Origin: an uncultured virus (IMG/VR IMGVR_UViG_3300030095_004072)
Taxonomy: Duplodnaviria > Heunggongvirae > Uroviricota > Caudoviricetes > Crassvirales
IMG/VR virus record: IMGVR_UViG_3300030095_004072
Strand: one strand, 5' to 3'
Length of the DNA stretch: 64,000 nucleotides
The notes below the pieces were generated by a model. The model was not told the DNA's origin. It was given only the letters and a program-made list of their open reading frames with translations, and ran no database searches. Positions 1-10,923 of the stretch are shown here, one piece after another; within the stretch, counting starts at the first letter, position 1, and each line of letters opens with the position of its first letter. The translations under genes and the position numbers were made by a program.

Positions 1-1
1 T

Positions 2-1558
2 ATTAATTTTCTTCAATCTACTAAATTACCTGACGATGTAAAGTTACAATTTGGAACTGGAGATGATTTTCAAATATATTATACTGGTTCAAATGCTTTT
101 ATTAAAAAAGTAGATGGTGCAGCAGGTTCATTATTTATTGACGCTACAGATTTATATATAAGAAGTGGTCAAAGCGAAACTTTTATTTATTGTAATCAGA
201 ATGAACAAGTTGAAATTAATTATAATGGCTCTAAAAAGTTTGAAACTACAAGCACAGGTATATCAGTAACAGGTGGGGTTACTACAAGTTCATCTTCAGA
301 TTTAGCTGGAGCAAATATGTCGGCAGGTATTGCAATGGGTACTAATGCTATTACGGGAATGGCTGACCCATCATCTGCACAAGACGCTGCAACAAAAGCA
401 TATGTAGACTCACAAATATCGGGAGTTCCACAAGGAACTGTTACATCAGTTTCAGGGACTTCTCCTATATCTTCTACAGGAGGAACAACTCCTGCAATAT
501 CAATAGCAACGGCAAATGGAAGCACAACTGGTGCTTTATCAAGTACAGATTGGACTACATTTAATAATAAAGGTAGCGGTTCAATGTCAAGCTGGCTTTT
601 AACGGGAGATAGTGGAGGTTCAGCGACAATAGATAATGGGGAGACAGTAGATATTGCTGGTGGTACTAATATAACTACAGCAAGATCGGGTAATACAGTT
701 ACTATAAATACTTCTGCTACAACTAACACAGGTACAGTACAAAGTGTAGGACTGTCTACGGGAGGAGATGCATTTCAAATTACAGGAACACCTGTAACAA
801 CTTCAGGAACTTTAGCTATAAGTTTTCAAGGCGATACAGAAGAATATATAAACGGAGAAGGTGATTTAACAACTTTTCCAACTATACCATCTGCTGCAAA
901 CAATTCCACAATAACAATTAATACAGGAACAGGTTTATCGGGAGGGGGTTCTTTTACTTTAAATCAAGCTGGTAACACTACTTTAAATTTAGCTGCAACT
1001 AATAACGGAACAGTTACATCAATAGCAACTACTTCTCCTATTACTGGTGGTACAATAACTGGTTCAGGAACAATAGCTTTTGATTCAACAGCAGTTACCA
1101 GTTTAACGAATTTAAACACTACAGGCACTATTACAGATGGTGTTTGGAATAGTGATAGAAAATTTGACAAAACATCAACAACAGATTTATCATATCAAGG
1201 TGATATAGTATATTGGCACTCTACTACAGTAACAGCAGGTAAGGTGTATATTTATCAACAAGACCAGTGGACAGCTGCTGACGCAGATGCCGAGTCAACC
1301 TCATCAGGTACTTTAGCAATTGCTTTAGGAAATGGAGCCTCTAACTCGGTTGGTATGTTAATCAGAGGAACATATACTTTAAATTATGATCCAGGAACGG
1401 ATGGAGAATTATTATATATAGCTACAACCGCAGGTAACTTAGTAACAGAACCACCAAGTGCTACAGGAGATATAGTAAGAATAGTAGGTCAATTACTTGA
1501 CAGTACTAATGGTCAAATATTTTTTAATCCAGACTATACATTTATAACACTTTCTTAA
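2..1558 (+). CDS. Tail fibre protein, 5' end just outside the window
   Basis: Frame is open from nt 2 (INFLQSTKLPDDVKLQFGTGDDFQIY...NGSKKFETTSTG), upstream of the track's M at 317. Gly/Thr-rich GTVTSV repeats and the ADPSSAQDAATKAYVD fibre motif. Confidence 0.8.
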   Translation: MNFLQSTKLPDDVKLQFGTGDDFQIYYTGSNAFIKKVDGAAGSLFIDATDLYIRSGQSETFIYCNQNEQVEINYNGSKKFETTSTGISVTGGVTTSSSSDLAGANMSAGIAMGTNAITGMADPSSAQDAATKAYVDSQISGVPQGTVTSVSGTSPISSTGGTTPAISIATANGSTTGALSSTDWTTFNNKGSGSMSSWLLTGDSGGSATIDNGETVDIAGGTNITTARSGNTVTINTSATTNTGTVQSVGLSTGGDAFQITGTPVTTSGTLAISFQGDTEEYINGEGDLTTFPTIPSAANNSTITINTGTGLSGGGSFTLNQAGNTTLNLAATNNGTVTSIATTSPITGGTITGSGTIAFDSTAVTSLTNLNTTGTITDGVWNSDRKFDKTSTTDLSYQGDIVYWHSTTVTAGKVYIYQQDQWTAADADAESTSSGTLAIALGNGASNSVGMLIRGTYTLNYDPGTDGELLYIATTAGNLVTEPPSATGDIVRIVGQLLDSTNGQIFFNPDYTFITLS

Positions 1559-1559
1559 T

Positions 1560-2444
1560 ATGTCTATATCAAGTATTAATGGACAATCTATAGATGCAAT
1601 ATCCGCTGTAAATAACGTATCTAAAGCAACAATTGATAAAATAAACAGTGTAGAACTACCTGCTGGATTTTCTACAGAATATTCAATAGAAGGTAATGGA
1701 TCTAATCAATATATATCTTTAGGAAATCAACAAAGTACAGTTTTAAACCCAACCGAAACTCAAATAAATGCAAATGGATACACTTGGACGGGTTGGATTT
1801 ATATTGATGATTTAACTACTTCTTTTCAATTATATTCTTTGGGAGTAAGTGGTACTAATAATTATTACGGAATACAAATTGTAGTAAACAGAAATGCTGC
1901 TTTTGTTTTTCATTTCTTTGGCCTAAATGGTTCTACTCCTGGTGCAGGATCTAATAATCGTTTGTCTAAACGAACTCAAAACTCTACAATATCTACAGGA
2001 CAATGGGTTCAGCTTGGAGTTGTTGTCCCTGCAAATGGATATGATGATAACACATCTTGGAAATTATATATAAATGGTTCTGAATACTCAGGAACTTATG
2101 TCAATTCTGGAAATTCAAATCTTAATTTAGCTTACAGTGGTAATTCTAATATTGGCGTTTGGACAAGAGCGGCATCAAGTTTGTCAAATATTTTTGATGG
2201 GGAAATAAATAATGCTGCTATTTTTAACACTGCATTAAGCTCAAGCAACATGACGGCTATTTATAATAGTGGTGCTCCAATAGATTTAAGTTCAAATTCT
2301 GGTAATTATAACGCATCTTCAAATCTTATTTTTTGGATGAGATTTAATGAGGGTACAGGTACTTCTTACGCAGATAGTTCTACCAATTCATTTACTGGTT
2401 CAGGCGTCAATACTCCTACTTGGAGTACCAATGTTCCAACATAA
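1560..2444 (+). CDS. LamG/concanavalin-A-like domain virion protein (possible glycan binding)
   Basis: YTWTGWI...GQWVQLGVV...KLYING...FDGEINNAAIFNTALS...IYNSG..WMRFNEGTG pattern. Confidence 0.8.
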   Translation: MSISSINGQSIDAISAVNNVSKATIDKINSVELPAGFSTEYSIEGNGSNQYISLGNQQSTVLNPTETQINANGYTWTGWIYIDDLTTSFQLYSLGVSGTNNYYGIQIVVNRNAAFVFHFFGLNGSTPGAGSNNRLSKRTQNSTISTGQWVQLGVVVPANGYDDNTSWKLYINGSEYSGTYVNSGNSNLNLAYSGNSNIGVWTRAASSLSNIFDGEINNAAIFNTALSSSNMTAIYNSGAPIDLSSNSGNYNASSNLIFWMRFNEGTGTSYADSSTNSFTGSGVNTPTWSTNVPT

Positions 2445-2464
2445 TTTCATAATAAAAATATTTG

Positions 2465-2472
2465 TATCTTTG
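2465..2472 (+). promoter_or_regulatory. Bacteroidota-type -7 promoter box TATCTTTG
   Basis: Matches TAnnTTTG; intergenic, upstream of 2504. Confidence 0.65.
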
Positions 2473-2503
2473 TTGAAATAATAATCAATAAAATAATACT
2501 ATA

Positions 2504-2776
2504 ATGGCAAAAAAAGATATAAAATTATCAAGTGAAGAATTAAACAAATTACAAGCTTTACAACAAGAATATAATCAATTAAAATTACAGTTAGGTGATA
2601 CTGTTTTACAACAAAATCAGCTAATGGAAAAAATTTCTCAAATTAGAGAATCTTTTAAAGCAGAAGAAGGACCTTTAATGGAAAAGTATGGAAAAAATGC
2701 TACCATTAATTTAGAAACAGGAGAGGTAACAGAGAAACCAAAAGAAGAAACTCCTGATTTAAAGATAACAAAGTAA
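2504..2776 (+). CDS. Small coiled-coil protein, possible fibre assembly chaperone
   Basis: Heptad-rich 90 aa ending YGKNATINLETGEV; sits between fibre genes. Confidence 0.5.
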   Translation: MAKKDIKLSSEELNKLQALQQEYNQLKLQLGDTVLQQNQLMEKISQIRESFKAEEGPLMEKYGKNATINLETGEVTEKPKEETPDLKITK

Positions 2777-2788
2777 AAATGAAACTAT

Positions 2789-5700
2789 ATGGCTAAAATA
2801 TTTGATGTATCAGCGTATCCTACTATTACACCCGCTGGTTCTGATTTACTAATTGGAACAGATGTAAATGATAATAATAGGACGGTTACTTTTAAAATTA
2901 GCGATATAGTAGGAGGTGGGGGAGTTGCTCAAGACTTAACATCTGTCTTAAGTATTGGAAACTCAGCTGCTAATAATTTAACACTTACAGGTACGGGAAT
3001 ACTAACAGCTGTTGATGTATTCCCGTCTGTAATTTCAGCAGGTACTCAAGGATCTCATGGTACTGCAGGACAAGTATTAACATCTACAGGAACAGGAATT
3101 GCATGGGACACTATTTCGGGAGGGTCTCAAACTTGGGATGATGTTGTAGGTTTAGGCAATACCGTTTCGTCACAAAATTTAAATTTACAAGACGGGAGTT
3201 TTTCAATTTCTCAACCAGGAAATGTTGCTGGTAGTTTATCAGGGGATACACTAACAAGTTTGAATTGGTCAGGACCTATTAATATAGGGGGAAGTTTAAA
3301 CGTAAATGTAGGTGACTTTAACCTTGGTAATTCTACAGCATTAAAAATTTCTCAGACTACAGGTATATCTATAGACGATGGTAATACAACTTCACCTGCA
3401 CCACCTGTTTATAGCAAAGGGTCTGCAGGGCAAGCACTTGTATCAACAGGAAGCGGAGTAAAATGGTCAAGTGGTCCAACTAATACACCTCATACTTTAC
3501 AGCAAGTATTAACACAAGGAAATACAGCAACAGATGTAGGTGTTTCATTTGCAGGAACTTCAACATCAACTTTTGGTGATACTGTAACATTTAATTTTGC
3601 AGGATTTGTAAATATTACAGGAGATGCAGACAGTGGAGTACCCACAACAAAAGGTATTTTAAAAATCAATAATGGTGCTTTAGATATTGCAGGAGATTAT
3701 GCGGAGTTACGTTTAAAAGGCAGTGCAGGAACGTCAGGCCAAGTTCTTTTATCTCAAGGAACAACAGCAACACCAATATGGTCAAACGCTCAAATAGCAC
3801 CGACATTACAAAACGTATTAGACAATTCAGCGGGAACGGCAGCAACAGGAGCAGACGCAATAGTAGCTGTAACTGGTAACGCAACAAACGGTCTTTCACC
3901 TACAGAAGGAATTATTCAAGCACAAAACGGAGCTTTCAATTTATGGGGAGACTTTAGTGAATTGCAATTAAAAGGTAGTTCGGGTACAGCTGGTCAAGTA
4001 TTAATTTCTCAAGGAGTTGGAGCCACACCTGTTTGGGGAACTAATGGTGGTGGTGGTGGGTCAGGAACTCTAACAGGTATTGGTTCTGTAAATACTAATT
4101 ATGTAAATACTGGTATTGATAATACTGTACCTGCAAACCCTGTTATTACATCATCATTAGTAACTAATAATTTAGTACAAGGAGGTCCTGTTAGTTTAAT
4201 TAATGACACACCATCAGTAATTGGAACAGGTTATAATACAAATGGTGTTTTTGATACTGTAGCAATCTCACCAAGTACAGGTGTAGGATTGAAGGTACAG
4301 ATAACTGTTGATGGTTTAGGAGGTGTAGATGAGATTGTAGCTATTACAAATCCTGGAGTAGGATATGAAATAGGTGATACATACACCATAACAAGCGGAA
4401 ATAATGATGCAGTAAGCTCGGTAATTGGAATAGTATCAGGCACATATTATGGTCAAACGGGAGGGTTTACAGTACCTGCAGGAAATGACTGGAACTTAAG
4501 CTTTGCTGCCACTGGATCTGTTAGTACAACAACAACAACAAACAATGGGGCGGGTTATCCTAATGGGACAAGTCCAACTGGAGTTGTAACTACAGTTAAT
4601 CCAGCGGGAGGTTCAGGAGCAACTTTTGACTTAGTTATTGATGGTGCAGGTGCAATAACATCAATGACTTTAAATGCTGCAGGTTCAGGATATTCAGTAG
4701 GTGATGTTATATCAATAACAGGAACAACACCTGCACCTACTACTGCAAGAACTTTACAAGTTACTTCAGTAAATGCTAATACAGTAGCTTTAACCAATAC
4801 TGATGCCGTTAGAACAAGTTCTGTTAATATAGATAAAGGTTCAGGTATTACTTTGAACTTAGATAATAATAATGATTTAACTTTATCAGCTGCAGCAGCG
4901 GGAGGAACGGTAACTTCGGTAGGATTGACATCAACTAACTCTACAATAGGAATTAGCGGAAGTCCTATTACAAGTTCGGGTGATATAGATATAGATTTAC
5001 CAACACAAACAGCTTATAGTGCAGGAACTTTTAGTAATGCATCCGTAACTGTAGATGATTATGGTATAATAACAAATATAACAGCAGGAACAGATTCTCC
5101 ATACACATTAAAAGCAAATGCTGCTGGAACTACAACAACTGTAACAAATCCTGCGGGAGGTGCAGGGTATACCGCAACAGGAACTGTTGGAACACAGATT
5201 ACATCAGGAGGAGGTAATAACGATTTAACAGTTTCGTACACCAACACAGCTGGTGCTATAGATTTAAATGGCATTACAGTGGTAGCAGCAGGTACAGGCT
5301 ATGCGGTGGGAGATACATTTACAGTAAATGGTGGTACACCTGGTTCTTTGGTAACAGGAACGGTAACGGTAATAACACCTACAGAAGCTGATATATCTTT
5401 AGTAAATGCAAGTGCTGTAAGAGACACAATAAAAATAGTAGAAGGAGCAAACATCTCTATTACAGATAGTGGTGCTGATTCTATTACTATTGCTGCAACA
5501 GCAGCGGCAGGTGTTACTTCTTTTGGTTTAGCAACAAACCCTGCAAGTTTTACAGGAACGGTAGATGTAACAAATAACACAATAACCTTTGTAGAAAAGG
5601 TTAATACTATAGCAGGAGCACCTGCGGAAAACAAAAGTTATATTTCTCTTGACTTAAGTGATCCTGCATCTACATTTAATGAGCTTACAGTAGGGTTAAG

Positions 5701-8700
5701 TGCAGACACAAGTGCTTTAGATACAACAACAATGTTAACGCATTACTTACGTGCTGATAACACATGGGGTGTTCCATCAGTAGCGGGAACTGTAGTAGAT
5801 TCTTTAAATACTTTAACGGGAGCATTAACTTTAGAAGGTTCAGGTCAGTCAGATATTGGAACGGGAGGTGTAGCAACATTTAGTGTTAATGCAGGAGTTC
5901 CTTCTCCTTATCAAACGATGAATAACGTAGGTTATCCTGTGACGTTTAGCACTACGACTAACAGTGCTTCAGGATCAGGGTGCATGATAACGGCTACTAA
6001 CACAGCAGGAGTATTATCTAATTTATCTGTTTATTCTGCAGGAAAAGGATATCAAGTAAATGACACTATAGATATTGAAGAAGCTTTAGGATATCCTGCA
6101 CTTTCTACAAGAGTTTCTTTAAATGTAGATACTATTACGGCAGCAGGTTCAATACAATCATTTACTAAACCATATACTAATCCTGATTTAAGAACTAAAG
6201 TAATACAAACAGGTACTCCTGTACCAACGAATGCAGACCCTAAACTTCAAATAGTTTTTGAAACTCCACAAAAATATGATTTTACAGAAACTACTTTTAC
6301 AGGAAGTACAGGAATAGATGTAGATAGGGTTAGTGATACAGAAATTTCAATTACAAACACATCACCTCAAATTACTTATGGTGCAACTGCTCCAATAAAT
6401 TTAGATGGTTTAAATAATTTTGAATTAATTTATACAGGGGGTGATAATGTAGTTACAAAAGCAAATAACTTAGTTCAGTTTAGTAATGCAGTTAACTTAA
6501 CAGCAAAAGGATATTTACAAAATACTGATAAGGTTTTAGTTAATGACAGAGTACAATATGCTTTAAGCATTTCTACACCTGGACAATTTCCTGCAAACCA
6601 ACAATATAATAATGTAGCTACTACAGTTAGTCCTACAGGAGGGACAGGTTTAACTATAAGTTTCCTTACAGATAATAACGGACAGATAGTAGCATCAAAT
6701 AATTCAATAGAGGTTACAAATGACGGTTCAAGTTATAATGCAAGTGACGTTTTACAAATTGCTGCAGCAAGTCTTACGCCTGCGGGAACATCTGACGCAT
6801 TTTTAAATATTACTTCAGTTACTGCAGACAAAGCAAGTTATATAGAGATATCTCAATTAGCTGATGCTGTAACCTCAACAAGTAGTTGGACTTTAAATGG
6901 AGATACAGGAACTGCAAGTATTACAGATAATAGTATCGTTTCTTTACTTGGTGGTGATGGATTAAATGTTACGGTTGCTGCAGGAACAACTAATACAGCT
7001 ACAATAACAGGTGCAGTCTTTACTTTAGGTGACGGTGCAACTACCGATGGGGTACAAGGTTTTGTTCCTGGTCCACTTATTGCAGATTTTGGAACAAATA
7101 AATTTTTAAAAGTAAACGGAACATGGGCTTTACCTGTAACTTCTATTAATACTTTAACAGATCAAATAGAATTAGTTGGTTCAGGCGATATAACTTTAGG
7201 GGTGTCTGGTGTTGCTACAGTAGTTACTGTTCTTACAAATCAAGGTTCAGGATATGCATTAAACGGAATTTATGCTACTACTGTTAGTCCTACAGGAGGA
7301 ACGGGATTAACATTAAAAGTCACGGCAGTTGGATCTGCAGGAGAAGCACAACAAGTAAGTGTTTATTCAGCTGGACAAGGTTATACTGCAAATGACGTAG
7401 TAACTCTAATAGGACAAAGTAGTAGTGGAACAGCAAACACAACTGTTTTTAGCATAACAGCGGACAACACTATTGTTGTTTCAACTACAGAGTCAGCAGA
7501 TGTTTATGATATAAAAATGTCTGAAAGTTCTCCAGGAGTTGCAACTGATCCTAACTTAACTTTAACACGAACTAATATTAACGGAAGTGCTATTGTTGCA
7601 GATAACATTCAAGTTTTAGGAGAAACAGGAGTACAAGTTGCAAGAAATAGCGACAATGCCGTTACAGTGTCGGCCATGATAGACGGTTCAGGTGATATAA
7701 CAATAGGAGAGAGTGGCGTAGCTACTTTGACAAGTGTAATTGCAGGAGGAACAGGATATGTTTTAAATAAGGTTTATTCTACAACATCATCAATATCAGG
7801 TTCTGGAGCAACTATAAAAGTAACAGGAGTAAATGCAACTGCTGTAACAACAGCAGTTATATATTCAAAAGGTAGAGGATATGTGGTAGGAGAGACTTTA
7901 ACTTTAACAGGTTTAGGAAGTGGGAATAATGCTACTTTTGATGTTAATACAATAACAGATGAAAATAGAATACAAGTTTCTAATACACAAGATTTAGAAG
8001 ACGGAGTTACATCTTTAAATTCTTTAGAGGGTGCTGTTGATATAAAACCATCGGGAGATATTAGTATAGGAATAAATGGAGTAGAAACTTTAAATAATGC
8101 AACTCTTAGTGGAGGAACGAACTATGTTGCTGATAGAACATATAAAACTACGGGTGGTGGAGGAACAGGATTAACTATTTTAGTATCAGCAATTACTGTA
8201 GGAGGCGTACCCTCTACTGTTTCAGTTTTTGCAAAAGGTCAAGGATATACAAGTGGTGCAGTAACTTTAGTTGGTCAAGGTAGTGATGGTGGTTGTACAA
8301 TTAATATTGCTACATTAACAGCTGCAAACGATATACAAGTTTCATCTTCATTAACTGATTTAAGTCAATTTACTAATTCACCAGGATACACGGCTATATC
8401 AGGCGGTACACAATATTTCCTTGCTAAGTTTAATCAGCTTGGAACTACAGTTGAAAATTCTAATTTTATAGACAGACCAACGGGATTAAAAGAACTTCAA
8501 GGTATTGGTCCCAATGCAACAACCAACGAACATTATCAATTACTTATATCTGGAACAGGTTATATTGGATTAACTACAACAGCTGCTTCAAACACTGTAA
8601 GGTTAGGTTCGGGATATTTAGGAACAGAAAATGACGGTACTGCAGTAGACAGTGTTTATGTGGGTTATAATTCAGGTGAGTCTATAACAGATGGTTACAG

Positions 8701-9703
8701 TAATACATTTGTTGGAAAAGGAGCGGGTGCAGATATAACCACTGGTTTTGAATCTACATATATAGGGGAATCTGCTGGTGCAGGAACTAATAATACAAAC
8801 AGTAGAAGAAGTGTTGCTATTGGTGCTTTAGCCGCACAAAATGCTTATGGTGATGGTGATGTATTTATTGGAAGAAGTGCAGGTAATGGAAATACAAATG
8901 TAACAGCATCACCTGGGACAGCACAGTTAATGGAAAGAGTTGCGATAGGTTTAAACGCAATGTCAGGTTTAGTGTCAGGATCAACTGTTCTTCAAGGAAA
9001 TAATAGATATAGTGTGGCGATAGGAGCTTTTGCTGGAAATGCATCAGGCTCTACTGCATCTGGAAATTTAGTAGGATTCAGAACTCATATTGGATACAAA
9101 GCAGGAGCTAATGAACAAGGTCAAACTAATCCTGCTGATAACTCAGGGCAAATTGCAATAGGAACTTATGCAATGTGGAATCACACTTCTTTTAAAAGAG
9201 GTGCAATTGCGATTGGAGAAAAATCATATACTGACACTATAAACTCTGCTCCTTTAATCCAATCAAGCTGGGATGTATCTATAGGTGCATATTCATTTGG
9301 TGCAAATGGTGCTTTTTATCCTGAAATAACAGGAGAAGGAAATATAGCTATAGGATATTTAGCGGGAACAGACTCAACTCAAGCTGCTTCTATGGCAGGA
9401 GGAACAATAGCAATAGGTAAAAAAGCAAAGGCATTAAATATTGATACAATAGCAATAGGAACAGATGCTGCAGCAGGAGGTGCTAACATAGACAATGCTA
9501 TAGCAATTGGTAAATCTGCAATTGCGGCAGTTCAAAACTCTCTTGTAATTGGTAAAGGAGCTGAAGCATCAGGAGCGGGTATATATATAGGTAGTTCAAG
9601 CAACCCTATTGGAAATGTAGTAAACAGCAGTGCAGGAAGTTTACTAAATTATTTACCAATAACTATAGATGGAACTACATATAAAATACCTTTAGGTACA
9701 TAA
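2789..9703 (+). CDS. Giant modular tail fibre/adhesin (2304 aa)
   Basis: GTAGQVLxSxG and LQxVL repeats, about 8 GxGY..GD.ITI modules, C-terminal YadA-head-like xAIG repeats. Confidence 0.8.
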   Translation: MAKIFDVSAYPTITPAGSDLLIGTDVNDNNRTVTFKISDIVGGGGVAQDLTSVLSIGNSAANNLTLTGTGILTAVDVFPSVISAGTQGSHGTAGQVLTSTGTGIAWDTISGGSQTWDDVVGLGNTVSSQNLNLQDGSFSISQPGNVAGSLSGDTLTSLNWSGPINIGGSLNVNVGDFNLGNSTALKISQTTGISIDDGNTTSPAPPVYSKGSAGQALVSTGSGVKWSSGPTNTPHTLQQVLTQGNTATDVGVSFAGTSTSTFGDTVTFNFAGFVNITGDADSGVPTTKGILKINNGALDIAGDYAELRLKGSAGTSGQVLLSQGTTATPIWSNAQIAPTLQNVLDNSAGTAATGADAIVAVTGNATNGLSPTEGIIQAQNGAFNLWGDFSELQLKGSSGTAGQVLISQGVGATPVWGTNGGGGGSGTLTGIGSVNTNYVNTGIDNTVPANPVITSSLVTNNLVQGGPVSLINDTPSVIGTGYNTNGVFDTVAISPSTGVGLKVQITVDGLGGVDEIVAITNPGVGYEIGDTYTITSGNNDAVSSVIGIVSGTYYGQTGGFTVPAGNDWNLSFAATGSVSTTTTTNNGAGYPNGTSPTGVVTTVNPAGGSGATFDLVIDGAGAITSMTLNAAGSGYSVGDVISITGTTPAPTTARTLQVTSVNANTVALTNTDAVRTSSVNIDKGSGITLNLDNNNDLTLSAAAAGGTVTSVGLTSTNSTIGISGSPITSSGDIDIDLPTQTAYSAGTFSNASVTVDDYGIITNITAGTDSPYTLKANAAGTTTTVTNPAGGAGYTATGTVGTQITSGGGNNDLTVSYTNTAGAIDLNGITVVAAGTGYAVGDTFTVNGGTPGSLVTGTVTVITPTEADISLVNASAVRDTIKIVEGANISITDSGADSITIAATAAAGVTSFGLATNPASFTGTVDVTNNTITFVEKVNTIAGAPAENKSYISLDLSDPASTFNELTVGLSADTSALDTTTMLTHYLRADNTWGVPSVAGTVVDSLNTLTGALTLEGSGQSDIGTGGVATFSVNAGVPSPYQTMNNVGYPVTFSTTTNSASGSGCMITATNTAGVLSNLSVYSAGKGYQVNDTIDIEEALGYPALSTRVSLNVDTITAAGSIQSFTKPYTNPDLRTKVIQTGTPVPTNADPKLQIVFETPQKYDFTETTFTGSTGIDVDRVSDTEISITNTSPQITYGATAPINLDGLNNFELIYTGGDNVVTKANNLVQFSNAVNLTAKGYLQNTDKVLVNDRVQYALSISTPGQFPANQQYNNVATTVSPTGGTGLTISFLTDNNGQIVASNNSIEVTNDGSSYNASDVLQIAAASLTPAGTSDAFLNITSVTADKASYIEISQLADAVTSTSSWTLNGDTGTASITDNSIVSLLGGDGLNVTVAAGTTNTATITGAVFTLGDGATTDGVQGFVPGPLIADFGTNKFLKVNGTWALPVTSINTLTDQIELVGSGDITLGVSGVATVVTVLTNQGSGYALNGIYATTVSPTGGTGLTLKVTAVGSAGEAQQVSVYSAGQGYTANDVVTLIGQSSSGTANTTVFSITADNTIVVSTTESADVYDIKMSESSPGVATDPNLTLTRTNINGSAIVADNIQVLGETGVQVARNSDNAVTVSAMIDGSGDITIGESGVATLTSVIAGGTGYVLNKVYSTTSSISGSGATIKVTGVNATAVTTAVIYSKGRGYVVGETLTLTGLGSGNNATFDVNTITDENRIQVSNTQDLEDGVTSLNSLEGAVDIKPSGDISIGINGVETLNNATLSGGTNYVADRTYKTTGGGGTGLTILVSAITVGGVPSTVSVFAKGQGYTSGAVTLVGQGSDGGCTINIATLTAANDIQVSSSLTDLSQFTNSPGYTAISGGTQYFLAKFNQLGTTVENSNFIDRPTGLKELQGIGPNATTNEHYQLLISGTGYIGLTTTAASNTVRLGSGYLGTENDGTAVDSVYVGYNSGESITDGYSNTFVGKGAGADITTGFESTYIGESAGAGTNNTNSRRSVAIGALAAQNAYGDGDVFIGRSAGNGNTNVTASPGTAQLMERVAIGLNAMSGLVSGSTVLQGNNRYSVAIGAFAGNASGSTASGNLVGFRTHIGYKAGANEQGQTNPADNSGQIAIGTYAMWNHTSFKRGAIAIGEKSYTDTINSAPLIQSSWDVSIGAYSFGANGAFYPEITGEGNIAIGYLAGTDSTQAASMAGGTIAIGKKAKALNIDTIAIGTDAAAGGANIDNAIAIGKSAIAAVQNSLVIGKGAEASGAGIYIGSSSNPIGNVVNSSAGSLLNYLPITIDGTTYKIPLGT

Positions 9704-9717
9704 TTAAATAAAATTAA

Positions 9718-9852
9718 ATGAAAGTAGAATTAAATGAAGAGTCTATTAAACATATAAATCGCTTGTTAAAATCACTTCCAATTAGTGCAATTGAAATTGT
9801 AGAAGAAATAACAGCTGAAATAAACAAAGGTTTAATAGAGGATAAAAAATAA
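9718..9852 (+). CDS. Small hypothetical protein (44 aa, MKVELNEESIKHINRLL...)
   Basis: Read manually; fills the gap after the fibre gene and follows an AAATTAAATG initiation context. Confidence 0.6.
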   Translation: MKVELNEESIKHINRLLKSLPISAIEIVEEITAEINKGLIEDKK

Positions 9853-9858
9853 AATTAA

Positions 9859-10083
9859 ATGGATATTAGAAAAATTTCTGTTGGCTCAGACTATAAGTCT
9901 GGTTCAATGCATTACATTATAAATCAACCTGTTCTGGGTGGTGAATATAAAATACACTTAATACAAGCTAATGAAAAAACCCAATCATATAAGTTGTGGG
10001 TTGAAAAAAATAAAGAAATATTTATATGGAAAGAATTTCTTTACACCTTACCAATAACATTAGAATATAATATAAACTTTTAA
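9859..10083 (+). CDS. Hypothetical phage protein
   Basis: ORF with A-rich leader, coupled to the next gene (TAATG). Confidence 0.7.
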   Translation: MDIRKISVGSDYKSGSMHYIINQPVLGGEYKIHLIQANEKTQSYKLWVEKNKEIFIWKEFLYTLPITLEYNINF

Positions 10084-10655
10084 TGAGAGCTTTATATTCG
10101 TTTATAGTAAAGCCTTACAATAACCGAAGATACGATAATATAAAATCTATCGGTGGATTAGAATTTGTAACAAGTGTTTCTGAAGAAGATCACACTGTGT
10201 CTAATCGTTATGCAGAAGTAATATCCTTGCCTTTGCATTATAAAGGAGAGATAAAAATTGGAGACACTCTATTAGTACATCATAATGTTTTTAAATTTTA
10301 TAATGATATGTATGGAAATACTAAAAGTGGTAAAAGCTTTTTTAAAGAAAATATGTTTTTTGTAGAAGAAGATCAATTCTTTTTATACAAACATAATGGT
10401 AAATGGAAAGCACATGGAAAGTATTGTTTTGTAAAACCAGTAAATAAAAAAGAAACTTTTTTAGATAAACATACTAAATACGAACCATTGATTGGGATTA
10501 TTAAATACATAAACGAACAGCTATTGCAATTGGGTGTAAAGGAAGGTGACGAAGTAATTTTTGAACCCGAAAGCGAATATGAGTTTACAGTTGAAGATGA
10601 AATATTATACCGAATGTTTACTAATAATATAACAGTAATATTAAATGACAAATAA
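10083..10655 (+). CDS. Tandem GroES-like (co-chaperonin fold) protein
   Basis: Two GroES-like halves: FIVKP..GGL..AEVISLP..IKIGDTLL and FVKP..GIIKY..GVKEGDEVIF..EFTVEDEILYRM. Confidence 0.6.
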   Translation: MRALYSFIVKPYNNRRYDNIKSIGGLEFVTSVSEEDHTVSNRYAEVISLPLHYKGEIKIGDTLLVHHNVFKFYNDMYGNTKSGKSFFKENMFFVEEDQFFLYKHNGKWKAHGKYCFVKPVNKKETFLDKHTKYEPLIGIIKYINEQLLQLGVKEGDEVIFEPESEYEFTVEDEILYRMFTNNITVILNDK

Positions 10656-10923
10656 AGAATTAAAATTACAAATTATTGAAGCAGGAGAAAAAGCTGTTAA
10701 ACAATTAGTAAAAGTAGCCAAAGAAGATATTATTAAATATGATGCGGAAGATGAGTTAGCTGCTGATAGATTAAAAAATGCTGCAGCTACAAAAAAATTA
10801 TGCATTATGGATGCTTTTGAGATACTAAAAAAAATAGAAGAAGAAAAAGACTTATTAGATGGTAACATAGTTGATAGTAAAAACAATACATTAAAAGGAT
10901 TTGCAGAGTCAAGATCAAAATAG
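10645..10923 (+). CDS. Probable terminase small subunit
   Basis: Small helical protein directly upstream of and overlapping the large terminase gene. Confidence 0.5.
   Translation: MTNKELKLQIIEAGEKAVKQLVKVAKEDIIKYDAEDELAADRLKNAAATKKLCIMDAFEILKKIEEEKDLLDGNIVDSKNNTLKGFAESRSK

Noticed and set aside
300..9700. Frequent CGGG on the plus strand
   Set aside because: Largely explained by Thr/Ala/Ser-Gly dipeptides; needs a codon-pair-controlled count before any claim.
2789..9703. Diversity-generating retroelement acting on fibre genes
   Set aside because: No reverse transcriptase seen; the internal repeats differ at synonymous positions, not in an adenine-specific template/variable pattern.
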